In this document: in pieces, positions 38,991 through 46,909 of the stretch
How positions within the stretch are numbered: position 1 is the stretch's first letter
Layout: every line of letters begins with the position of its first letter
From: Candidatus Kaiserbacteria bacterium
GTDB lineage: Bacteria > Patescibacteriota > Minisyncoccia > Phycocordibacterales > UBA918
DNA length: 64,000 nt
Direction of reading: 5' to 3'
NCBI GenBank assembly: GCA_020428795.1
Contig: JAGQME010000003.1
Coordinates: 30,438 to 94,437, forward strand
Translations under genes and position numbers: made by a program
Notes under the pieces: model-generated
The model's input: the letters and a program-made list of their open reading frames with translations, nothing else
What the model was told of the DNA's origin: nothing
The model's database searches: none

Positions 38991-39061
38991 TGAGAATTAT
39001 TATAACAAAAGCCTTTATTTATTTTAATTACCGGCTTGAATCGTGATACAATGCCGACATT

Positions 39062-40225
39062 ATGCACGGAGCTGATCATTTGTTGTTGGAGTTTGTCTTG
39101 GTAATGTGTGTGGCTTTAGGGGTTTTGCTTTTATTCTACTGGCTAAAACAACCTTCGGTAGTGGCCTACATTGTGGCCGGCGCCATCGCTGGTCCCTTTG
39201 GCTTTGGTATTATCACCAATGCTTCCACTATCGAGGTATTGGGTGAGTTTGGATTGTTAATGCTACTTTTCTTTATTGGAACTGAGATTTCAGTATCTTC
39301 TCTTATAAGAAACTGGCGGATTGTGGTGTTGGGTACTATTTTTCAGGTGTTGGGCAGTCTCTCTATTATGGCGATTTTGGGACATTTTCTGGATTGGGAC
39401 TGGCCACGAATCATATTGCTAGCTTTTGTAACCAGTCTTAGTAGTACGGCTGTAATTTTGAGTTACTTAGAGTCAAAGGGTATTCTGAACAGTCGTTCTG
39501 GTCGTGATGTAGTTGGTGTTTTGTTGGCGCAGGATATTTTAATCGTCCCAATGTTGATTGTTATATCAGCTATGGGTGGTGACTTTCACCCTAGTACGAT
39601 TGTCACCCAAGTCTTGGGAGTTATAGTGATTGGGGGAATTGCTTATTTTGCCCTCAGGAAACAAATTGAACTGCCAAAGCTAATTCGCAGTCATTCTCCC
39701 ACCAATGATCATCGGCTTTTTGTCGCTTTGATTTTATGTTTTGGAGCAGCCTTGATTACTAGCTTGTTTGAATTGTCGCTCGGATTAGGTGCTTTTATTG
39801 GGGGTATGATTGTAGCCAATATAAATAATTTTGGCTGGGTGAAAGGGGAGTTGCATAGTTTTAAGACCTTATTCGTAGCCCTCTTCTTTGTTTCGATCGG
39901 ACTCTTGATTGATGTTTCTTTCTTACTGGATAATTTTATTTTCATCTTCATAATCTTAGTGTCAGCTTTTACTTTAAATACCTTAATAAATGCCACGGTA
40001 TTTTGGTGGCTACGAGGTTCTTGGCGCTATAGCTTTTATGTCGGGGCTGTCTTGGCTCCTTTGGGAGAGTTCAGTTTCTTCTTAGCCTCGGCCGGTCTGC
40101 AGACCGGAGCGATTGAATCATTTGCTTATCAGACATCTGTCATTGTGATCGCTTTATCACTGATATTTAGTCCGCTTTGGGTTCAAATTTTCACCCCCAA
40201 AAACCAAGCCAAATTAGTGTCTTGA
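39062..40225 (+). CDS. CPA2-family monovalent cation:proton antiporter (Kef/NhaP-like membrane domain only)
   Basis: 12-13 TM helices with the conserved N-terminal block of Kef-type antiporters (AGAIAGPFGFGI). No C-terminal KTN domain. Confidence 0.75.
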   Translation: MHGADHLLLEFVLVMCVALGVLLLFYWLKQPSVVAYIVAGAIAGPFGFGIITNASTIEVLGEFGLLMLLFFIGTEISVSSLIRNWRIVVLGTIFQVLGSLSIMAILGHFLDWDWPRIILLAFVTSLSSTAVILSYLESKGILNSRSGRDVVGVLLAQDILIVPMLIVISAMGGDFHPSTIVTQVLGVIVIGGIAYFALRKQIELPKLIRSHSPTNDHRLFVALILCFGAALITSLFELSLGLGAFIGGMIVANINNFGWVKGELHSFKTLFVALFFVSIGLLIDVSFLLDNFIFIFIILVSAFTLNTLINATVFWWLRGSWRYSFYVGAVLAPLGEFSFFLASAGLQTGAIESFAYQTSVIVIALSLIFSPLWVQIFTPKNQAKLVS

Positions 40226-40285
40226 TGTACGTAATACATAAAGATAATAAATTATTTTCAGATATTAGAAACGTCAAACAAAAAA

Positions 40286-41185
40286 TTACTTCCAAAATTC
40301 AATAATAAAAACCCCAAAAGTAATTAAAATAATTGCCATCCATTGGGTTGGTGAAATTTGGTTCCGTTCATGGATGGGGAATAGAAAGAAAATAATAAGT
40401 AAGAAAATACTCTGTACACCACCTAAAGCAGTTACATAGGCTCCTAAGGGAGCCAGTGAGATAGCTAGCATTACAAAAAGGAAAGAAATTTGAGATATAG
40501 TCTCGTTTAATAAACTAAAACCGAGAAAGTTGCCTCCCTGATTCTTTACTCGATATAAGAATCCATCACGATACGGTTTAATTAGACTGACCAAAAATAA
40601 TCCAATTACACCAATCCCTACGTATTGATAAAAGAATACCGTCAGTACGCTCGTTTCTGCAGAAGCCAATCTAACCAAGAAAAGTGATACTGACCACATT
40701 AGTGAAACCGGCAACATGATTAATAGAAGTTTGGTGGGAACTTTCCATCTAAAAGTATCAGAATCAAGTATGTAAGCACCCAAAACCAACACCCCAATTC
40801 CTAACAAAGCAGTAAAGGTAACATGAGCACCAAATAATAATTCAATAACCAATAGCCAGATACTGCTCAAACCAAATAGGGGTACAACCTGATGGGCTGG
40901 GTAGATAAGGAATAAATAGAAGTAGGCAGTCCATAAAATAACCATAGGTACGGCAGAAGCTAAGGCCAGATAGAGTGAGTGGTTGCTTATACTTAAGTCA
41001 CTAATATATAAACCAAGGCTAGCAATAGTCACAACACTAAGTAGTGTAGAAATAATGATCACACCCCCGATTCTTTTATGGGGACTTTCTTGGTCGGTAA
41101 CTTTGTTGTTTGACGTTAAATACTCGTCAATATAATTGACGAGGGCCATGGTGAAACAGTGAATAATTGTATAGACAAACCACAT
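40286..41185 (-). CDS. DMT-superfamily (EamA-like) membrane transporter, putative
   Basis: About 10 TM helices in two 5-TM halves. Confidence 0.45.
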   Translation of the reverse strand: MWFVYTIIHCFTMALVNYIDEYLTSNNKVTDQESPHKRIGGVIIISTLLSVVTIASLGLYISDLSISNHSLYLALASAVPMVILWTAYFYLFLIYPAHQVVPLFGLSSIWLLVIELLFGAHVTFTALLGIGVLVLGAYILDSDTFRWKVPTKLLLIMLPVSLMWSVSLFLVRLASAETSVLTVFFYQYVGIGVIGLFLVSLIKPYRDGFLYRVKNQGGNFLGFSLLNETISQISFLFVMLAISLAPLGAYVTALGGVQSIFLLIIFFLFPIHERNQISPTQWMAIILITFGVFIIEFWK

Positions 41186-41255
41186 GTAATTATTAAATTA
41201 TAACAGAAGTAAGCATCTATATAATAGAAACTTCGATTATTCTAATTTATCATAC

Positions 41256-41299
41256 AAAATGGTACGTACATAAGTACGTACTTATGTACGTACCATTTT
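41256..41299. repeat. 44-bp perfect palindrome rich in GTAC cores
   Basis: aaaatggtacgtacataagtac|gtacttatgtacgtaccatttt, an exact dyad symmetry with no spacer. Confidence 0.85.
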
Positions 41300-41362
41300 A
41301 CTAGTCCGTCAAGAATGATCCGTGGCGTTAGAGTGAGGAGGAGGTGGGATGGCTAGGCGGAT

Positions 41363-41488
41363 TTTTACATACTATGCAGATATTATGCTAATAATTTTTT
41401 TAAGACGGTCCGGTTTAAAATTTGGGAACTTTTTTATTCTCTTAAGAGACTTTTTGAATCTACTGCTATAGTGAACTGTGTATTTCAT
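41363..41488 (-). pseudogene. Truncated yafQ/relE-family toxin remnant (41 codons, then a stop and unrelated sequence)
   Basis: Translation MKYTVHYSSRFKKSLKRIKKFPNFKPDRLKKIISIISA* aligns with the N-terminal half of YafQ-type toxins. The ATG lies 2 nt after the antitoxin stop. All three frames carry stops beyond this point. Confidence 0.5.
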
Positions 41489-41490
41489 AA

Positions 41491-41763
41491 CTACAGCTCT
41501 AGGTCGGCAAAGAGTTCGTCTAGGTTATGGTAACCTTTGGAACGCTTTGCTTTCTTAACGTCAGAAACTAGGGCCTTTTCTTGTGCAGGAGTGAAGCCAT
41601 TTTCAGTTTTTAAATCCAAAGGTACACCTTTTCGGTTTATTACATTTATTAAAAATAATTTAATGGCACTAGACATATCTAAACCAACTCCATCGAGTAT
41701 TTTTTTGGCATTCTTCTTGGTCTTAGAGTCAATTCGTATTTGTATAGTATCTTGATAATTCAT
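41491..41763 (-). CDS. DinJ/RelB-family type II antitoxin (ribbon-helix-helix)
   Basis: IQIRIDSKTKKNAKKILDGVGLDMSSAIKLFLINV matches the DinJ N-terminal RHH. Size is 90 aa. Confidence 0.75.
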   Translation of the reverse strand: MNYQDTIQIRIDSKTKKNAKKILDGVGLDMSSAIKLFLINVINRKGVPLDLKTENGFTPAQEKALVSDVKKAKRSKGYHNLDELFADLEL

Positions 41764-41812
41764 AATAGGAGTTTATAATTTTGTAATGACAATGTAAATA
41801 CATTTTATGTTT

Positions 41813-41827
41813 CGGCGGTAGGATTCG
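41813..41827 (-). repeat. 15-bp exact direct copy of the tRNA-Asn 3' region (T-loop/acceptor); att-like scar
   Basis: cggcggtaggattcg recurs at 42840..42854 inside the tRNA, in the same orientation, about 1.03 kb away. Confidence 0.5.
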
Positions 41828-41919
41828 TTCTTATGGTTTGTAATTTTCTACGTTCTTGACGACCACGATACAAGTCTCACTTGTCTAAGCATTATTGCTA
41901 GAAACAAATACAAGAAAGT

Positions 41920-42270
41920 CTAATTTTCTTTATACCAATACACTGGAGTCCCTGATTCTCCATATTGCTCAATCACGTCATCAAGTGGGTCCAGCCATTC
42001 TTCACTGCAACCACGTTCTGTAACCCAAGCGTTCCAGGTATCCATCTGAATATTTACATCAGATTGCGGATATTTGGTTAGATACTCATAAGACCATGCA
42101 TTCCAAAAGTCATTGAAGTTACCTTCAGTCGGGCATTGTAAAAATTTAGTGTCACTATCATCTAGATTAGATGTGGCAAGATATAAATCAATAAATAAGA
42201 TGTCATAAACAACAAGACCTGCCATAAACGCACCTATGACTATCATTATGAATTTTAGTTTTCTACCCAT
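41920..42270 (-). CDS. Hypothetical exported/membrane-anchored protein (Trp-rich)
   Basis: N-terminal TM helix. Lies inside the att-like bounded segment. Confidence 0.35.
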   Translation of the reverse strand: MGRKLKFIMIVIGAFMAGLVVYDILFIDLYLATSNLDDSDTKFLQCPTEGNFNDFWNAWSYEYLTKYPQSDVNIQMDTWNAWVTERGCSEEWLDPLDDVIEQYGESGTPVYWYKEN

Positions 42271-42662
42271 GCTTTACAACCCTCATTAAATGATTTTGAT
42301 GTATTTGGACACTCACTTTTCCACATAATATTATTTTTCATAGCCCAATTGTAGCCCGCTTCATGACCACTGCAATCTTTTGTGCAATTATACCCATGGA
42401 AATATTGGGGCCTGTTTTCTATTCTTTCTTTCAAATCTTTGTCAGTCACTCGTTCGTCTGTGGGAATAGAAATATAATTTAGAAAGCCAAAAAAGAATCC
42501 AAAGGCAATAATCGGCCCAAGCCCAAATAATATAAGCTTAGGGAATGTGTCGATTTCCAATCGTTTCTCTTTTTCCTGACGCTCTCTAGATGCTTGGAGC
42601 ATACGTTTACGGAATTCCTCTTTAGTTAGTTTTTCGGTCATAAAATACAAAAAGCCCACCAC
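42255..42662 (-). CDS. Hypothetical protein with a central TM helix and a Cys-rich C-terminal region
   Basis: 135-aa ORF overlapping the downstream ORF by 16 nt. Lies inside the att-like bounded segment. Confidence 0.35.
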   Translation of the reverse strand: MVGFLYFMTEKLTKEEFRKRMLQASRERQEKEKRLEIDTFPKLILFGLGPIIAFGFFFGFLNYISIPTDERVTDKDLKERIENRPQYFHGYNCTKDCSGHEAGYNWAMKNNIMWKSECPNTSKSFNEGCKAWVEN

Positions 42663-42833
42663 ATATGGCGTGGTCTCTCGGCCACCGATACCAGTTTCCC
42701 AGGACGGCCCGTCAGAGCTAACCTCACAAGATAAATTATATAATATAAAAATTCATTTTTATATTAATTTCGAGTGCAGTTCAAGAAAACTCTGCTTACG
42801 ACAATTCGTTAACAAAATAAAAAAATCATTTGT

Positions 42834-42908
42834 TGGCTCCGGCGGTAGGATTCGAACCTACGACCAATGCGTTAACAGCGCACTGCTCTACCGCTGAGCT
42901 ACGCCGGA
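42834..42908 (-). tRNA. tRNA-Asn (anticodon GTT), 75 nt with encoded CCA
   Basis: Manual fold gives acceptor TCCGGCG/CGCCGGA, D-arm GCTC-AGCGGTA-GAGC, anticodon arm GTGCG-CTGTTAA-CGCAT, T-arm GTAGG-TTCGAAT-CCTAC, discriminator G, CCA. Confidence 0.9.
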
Positions 42909-43195
42909 GCCAATAAATGATTTTAATTATTTGAGCGCCCCTTCTTACAGAAGTTGTAAACCTTTATGATATCTTTCATGCTTCAATATATCTATAAAGG
43001 TCTTGCGAAGGTGTTTATAAACCTTCTCACTCTACCCCTCGGCTACGCCGTAAGAAGTAGCCGCATAATCTGTCAAAGCGTGACAGAGTAGTGCTATTGT
43101 ACAGAAAAAAGAGACTATTTCAACTAGGTTGGTGGTGATGTTGGGTGCTTCTATGTAACATATTTTAAAATAACGTTTTTTGGTACAATGTCCAA

Positions 43196-44062
43196 ATGCC
43201 TGAGTTACCAGAAGTCGAAACAGTTAGGGTTCAACTAATTGATAAAGTAGTAGGAAAGAAGATTAAAGGAGTCGAGGTTTTTCACGACAAAACAGTCGGT
43301 TTTGATGAAGATTTTGAACAGAAACTATTAGGTAAGATAATATCTGATATTGGCCGGGTCGGTAAATTACTTTTCTTTAGTTTCAAAAATGAATCTGATT
43401 TATTTATGTTGGCCCACCTCAAAATGACCGGTCAGTTTTTCTATGTGTCTAAGAATGAAGTGGTTACTGGTGGTGGACACTCAATGACTGAAAATGATAT
43501 GAGGGAATTTCCGGGTCGTCATACCAGATGTGCTTTTTATTTCGCTGACGGGACGAGTCTGTATTTTAATGATATGAGGATTTTTGGTTATCTTAGATTG
43601 GTAGACAAACCGGGTTTGGAAACAGCTAAAAGTGGCTACGGTCCGGAACCAATTGATCCAGACTTTGATATTGATTGGTTTTTGCAGAAATTAAAAAGAC
43701 GAAATACTAATATAAAAGCGGTTTTGTTGGACCAAACCTTTGTATCTGGGCTTGGTAATATTTATGTTGATGAAGCTCTTTGGCGAGCTAAAGTGCTTCC
43801 AGAAAGACAGGCTAGTAGTTTGAGTAAGCGGGAAGCGACGGCTTTAGCCGTCGCTTCCAAAGAAGTAATGCTGGAGTCTATTCTTAAAGGAGGGACCACT
43901 TTCCAGAGTTTTGCTGATACTGAGGGAAGAGAAGGTAATTTTCGAGATTATTTGAAAGTTTTTGGTAGGCAGGGTCAGATTTGTGAGAGGTGTGGGGGTG
44001 AGATAAAGAAGATTCGAGTAGCGGGGCGGGGTACTCATTTTTGCTCTAAGTGCCAACGTTAA
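43196..44062 (+). CDS. mutM: Formamidopyrimidine-DNA glycosylase
   Basis: N-terminal MPELPEVE (catalytic Pro2/Glu3), an H2TH region, and a C-terminal zinc finger CERCGG..C.KCQ. Confidence 0.9.
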   Translation: MPELPEVETVRVQLIDKVVGKKIKGVEVFHDKTVGFDEDFEQKLLGKIISDIGRVGKLLFFSFKNESDLFMLAHLKMTGQFFYVSKNEVVTGGGHSMTENDMREFPGRHTRCAFYFADGTSLYFNDMRIFGYLRLVDKPGLETAKSGYGPEPIDPDFDIDWFLQKLKRRNTNIKAVLLDQTFVSGLGNIYVDEALWRAKVLPERQASSLSKREATALAVASKEVMLESILKGGTTFQSFADTEGREGNFRDYLKVFGRQGQICERCGGEIKKIRVAGRGTHFCSKCQR

Positions 44063-44197
44063 AAATAAGCCCCCAGACTTAATCGAAAGAGTACCAAGCT
44101 AGAGCTGGACTTGGTTGATTGGCTTCAAGTTTCTGCGGATTAAATCAAAACGTAGTATAATGTTGATGGAGTTATTAACCAATAATCCAATCCTGAC

Positions 44198-44497
44198 ATG
44201 ATTCATTTATACTATAAGCAGACCTGTCGGTTTAGTCGTAATGTTCTGGCAGAAATTGATCGACTAAACATAAAGGTAAAATTAAAAGATATTATAGCTG
44301 AACCCGAATATTTGACCGAACTGATGGATCTTGGTGGTAAGAAGCAGACACCGTTTATTCATGATGATGCGACTGACATTAAGATGTACGAAAGCGCCGA
44401 TATTATTGCTTATCTACAGAATACAAACACTGATTCTGATTCATCACCTAAGAATACTCAGTTTACTTTGCACCAAGCGGATGCCAAGTGTGCTTAA
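44198..44497 (+). CDS. Glutaredoxin-like thioredoxin-fold protein with a CxxS motif
   Basis: MIHLYYKQTCRFSRNV ... TPFIHDD is the Grx/NrdH-like pattern with a monothiol CRFS. Confidence 0.55.
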   Translation: MIHLYYKQTCRFSRNVLAEIDRLNIKVKLKDIIAEPEYLTELMDLGGKKQTPFIHDDATDIKMYESADIIAYLQNTNTDSDSSPKNTQFTLHQADAKCA

Positions 44498-44530
44498 GTT
44501 ATTTTATTAACAATCCTAAATAAATTAAAA

Positions 44531-44896
44531 ATGTCATTCCCTAACATTCAATATAAGATTACACAAGTAGAGATAGAGCCAGCCATTAAGGCGTTAGTTG
44601 AGCAAAAATTTTCTTCACTGAGTAAGTTTATTGGTAATGAGACAGACGTAAAATGTGAAGTGGAGTTTGAAAAAGTAGCTCCCAAAAACAACGGTGAAGT
44701 GCACCGGTTTGAGACAAATCTCTGGATATCTGGCACTCTATACCGAGCTGAATCGACCGAAGAAAGTTTTGAAAAGGCTATTGATGTGGTTAGAAATGAG
44801 CTTGATAAAGAAATTCGCCGATCTCGTACCAAGCGGGAGAGTTTGTTTAGAAAGGGTGGTCGCAAGATTAAAAATATGATGCGTTTTGGTAAGTAG
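44531..44896 (+). CDS. hpf: Ribosome hibernation-promoting factor / RaiA (short form)
   Basis: YfiA/HPF fold blocks (ITQVEIEPAIKALVEQKFSSLSKF...VEFE...) and a basic C-terminal tail. Confidence 0.8.
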   Translation: MSFPNIQYKITQVEIEPAIKALVEQKFSSLSKFIGNETDVKCEVEFEKVAPKNNGEVHRFETNLWISGTLYRAESTEESFEKAIDVVRNELDKEIRRSRTKRESLFRKGGRKIKNMMRFGK

Positions 44897-45407
44897 GTTT
44901 ATGTTTGAAAAGATTTGGGGATCAAGAGTTACGCCACCTGGAGAAGAAGCTAAAGAACACGGTTTTCGGGAAAGAAAGGAAAGAGCTCAGAAAGCTATTG
45001 AGGCTGGTGTTTTGATTGACGGTAGATTGGGTGTTAGAGAAAAAATGCTTGCTGATTTGCCAGAATTAGCCGGTGAAAATGATCCAGATCTAGAGGTTAA
45101 GATAGACGAATTAGTGGCTTTTGCTAATAGATTTCACGAAAATATGTCAGAGCTTGGTATTGAATTAAGTGTCGAAGACCTGAAGGGATTTTATGTGGGT
45201 AGGATTCAAGGGTTTTCTGATCTATACACAAATAAGGTCGGTAATGCTGATTTTAATAGATATGAAGTCTACAAGGATTTACATCTTTCACTCAGAGACT
45301 ATCGGGACACCGGCGAATTTAACTCTATATTGAAGCAGATTGCTGGGGTGGAGTTTTTGACCGTGACGGCAGAGGAGACTTTTGGTGATGACGCCGTGGC
45401 TTCTTAA
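44886..45407 (+). CDS. Hypothetical protein
   Basis: 173-aa ORF co-directional with hpf. No motif recognised. Confidence 0.35.
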   Translation: MVSRFMFEKIWGSRVTPPGEEAKEHGFRERKERAQKAIEAGVLIDGRLGVREKMLADLPELAGENDPDLEVKIDELVAFANRFHENMSELGIELSVEDLKGFYVGRIQGFSDLYTNKVGNADFNRYEVYKDLHLSLRDYRDTGEFNSILKQIAGVEFLTVTAEETFGDDAVAS

Positions 45408-46303
45408 TCGAGGTTTTGGTAATTAAAATATTGATTAAAATTCATCTCGGCTTTACCTGCTGGAGTTACTGTTTCTATACACAGTTTTCCGTCTTCAGAA
45501 AGATGAGCCTGCTTAATTTTTATACGTTTTTCATTGTGCATAAAAAAAGTCTCTGGCCAACCGGTGTAGGCACGGATTTTTAATAGGGCAGAATAGGCCT
45601 CTTCTCCTTCTGGTAGGTGGTAGGGGTCAATCTGGAGCTGGCCCATCTCCTTGGATATTTTGCCACAGTAAGTGGCTTGGTCATGATCTTGGGCCACTGG
45701 TTGGATTTTTTTGTCTAACCAATCTGGTATAACCTGGGCCAATAATTCACCACCAAAGCTGGCCATTTTGTTATCCAGAATTAAGCCGGATAGGGGCCAG
45801 TCTTCTTTAGCGATAGCTATTTTTTCTTGTCTAAGAATGGGGCCATGATCCATTTCCTCATCCATTAACATAATTGAAACACCACAATTTTCTCTCATGT
45901 CGTTTAGGATGGTGCTTCTTATCGGGCTGGCTCCACGTAGTAGGGGCAACATAGATGGGTGAACATTTAAGGTGCCATACTTAGGTATATCTATGACTGA
46001 CTTGGGTAAAATTTTATTATAGGCCACTACTACAAATAAATCCCAGTTCACACTAGCTAGTATCTCTAATTCTTTTTCATCTTTTAGTGTTTCTGGTTGC
46101 CAGATCGGTATCTTTCTGTCACTTGCCCAAACTTTTACCGGTGGTGGGGTGGGGACCATTTTTCGACCCTGTCTGCGATCCGGGTTACAAACAACCAGGC
46201 TGGGTTTTAAACCAACCTTTTCTAATTCATTTAGAACAGGGACAGCAAGCGGTTCGCCACCAAAAAAAGCAAACTTGATTTCATTTTGTCTGACCTTAGA
46301 CAT
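45404..46303 (-). CDS. fmt: Methionyl-tRNA formyltransferase
   Basis: Formyltransferase motif LNVHPSMLPLLRGASPI and a C-terminal tRNA-binding domain. Confidence 0.85.
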   Translation of the reverse strand: MSKVRQNEIKFAFFGGEPLAVPVLNELEKVGLKPSLVVCNPDRRQGRKMVPTPPPVKVWASDRKIPIWQPETLKDEKELEILASVNWDLFVVVAYNKILPKSVIDIPKYGTLNVHPSMLPLLRGASPIRSTILNDMRENCGVSIMLMDEEMDHGPILRQEKIAIAKEDWPLSGLILDNKMASFGGELLAQVIPDWLDKKIQPVAQDHDQATYCGKISKEMGQLQIDPYHLPEGEEAYSALLKIRAYTGWPETFFMHNEKRIKIKQAHLSEDGKLCIETVTPAGKAEMNFNQYFNYQNLD

Positions 46304-46823
46304 CGTTTTCTTTATTTATTTTATCCATCTCTTCCTTAGTGAAAACTCGTTCGGCCCGATCAGTAAATAGGATTCCGTCTAAATGATCGTATTCGTGCTG
46401 AATTATTTGTGCCAAAAGTCCACCGGCTCCTCGTTCGTATTTCTTACCGGTTTCGTCATGTGCCCGCATGGTTACATTTACATATCTAACCACTTCACCG
46501 TATTTGTCTGGGACCGAAAGACAGCCTTCGCCCACCAAGTGAGTTTTTTTAGAGGTCTTGACGATTTTGGGATTTACCGCTACCAGATTGGGAATGGCAT
46601 CACGGTCTTTACTCTGATCTTCAATCAAGAAGACTCTTTTACTAACTCCAATTTGGGGAGCGGCGATAGCAATAGCTACATAGCCATCAACACTGTAGCT
46701 TTTTAGAGCGCTACGCATATCTTTAAGTAGCTTGGTCAGGGTGCCGTCACTAAACTCTTGTTCAGTGATTTCTTCAGCAATAGAATGTAGCGCTGGGTGG
46801 TTTTCGGGGACTAGTTTAGCCAT
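46296..46823 (-). CDS. def: Peptide deformylase
   Basis: Motifs IAAPQIG, EGCLS, QHEYDHL. Overlaps fmt by 8 nt. Confidence 0.88.
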   Translation of the reverse strand: MAKLVPENHPALHSIAEEITEQEFSDGTLTKLLKDMRSALKSYSVDGYVAIAIAAPQIGVSKRVFLIEDQSKDRDAIPNLVAVNPKIVKTSKKTHLVGEGCLSVPDKYGEVVRYVNVTMRAHDETGKKYERGAGGLLAQIIQHEYDHLDGILFTDRAERVFTKEEMDKINKENDV

Positions 46824-46909
46824 ATTGTTTTTGTGTACTATACAATAAATTGCCAAAAAAACCACTGACTGATTGGTGTCTAGCTAATCAGATCATTTTG
46901 TCTTTTTGG

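Noticed and set aside
41186-42833. Integrase/recombinase or transposase gene for the putative island
   Set aside because: Looked for in all frames. There is no ORF of adequate size and no R..HxxR..Y or DDE pattern, so the island is treated as a decayed remnant.
42670-42897. 75-aa plus-strand ORF
   Set aside because: It overlaps and runs antisense through the tRNA-Asn gene, has no coding signal, and tRNA structure explains the region.
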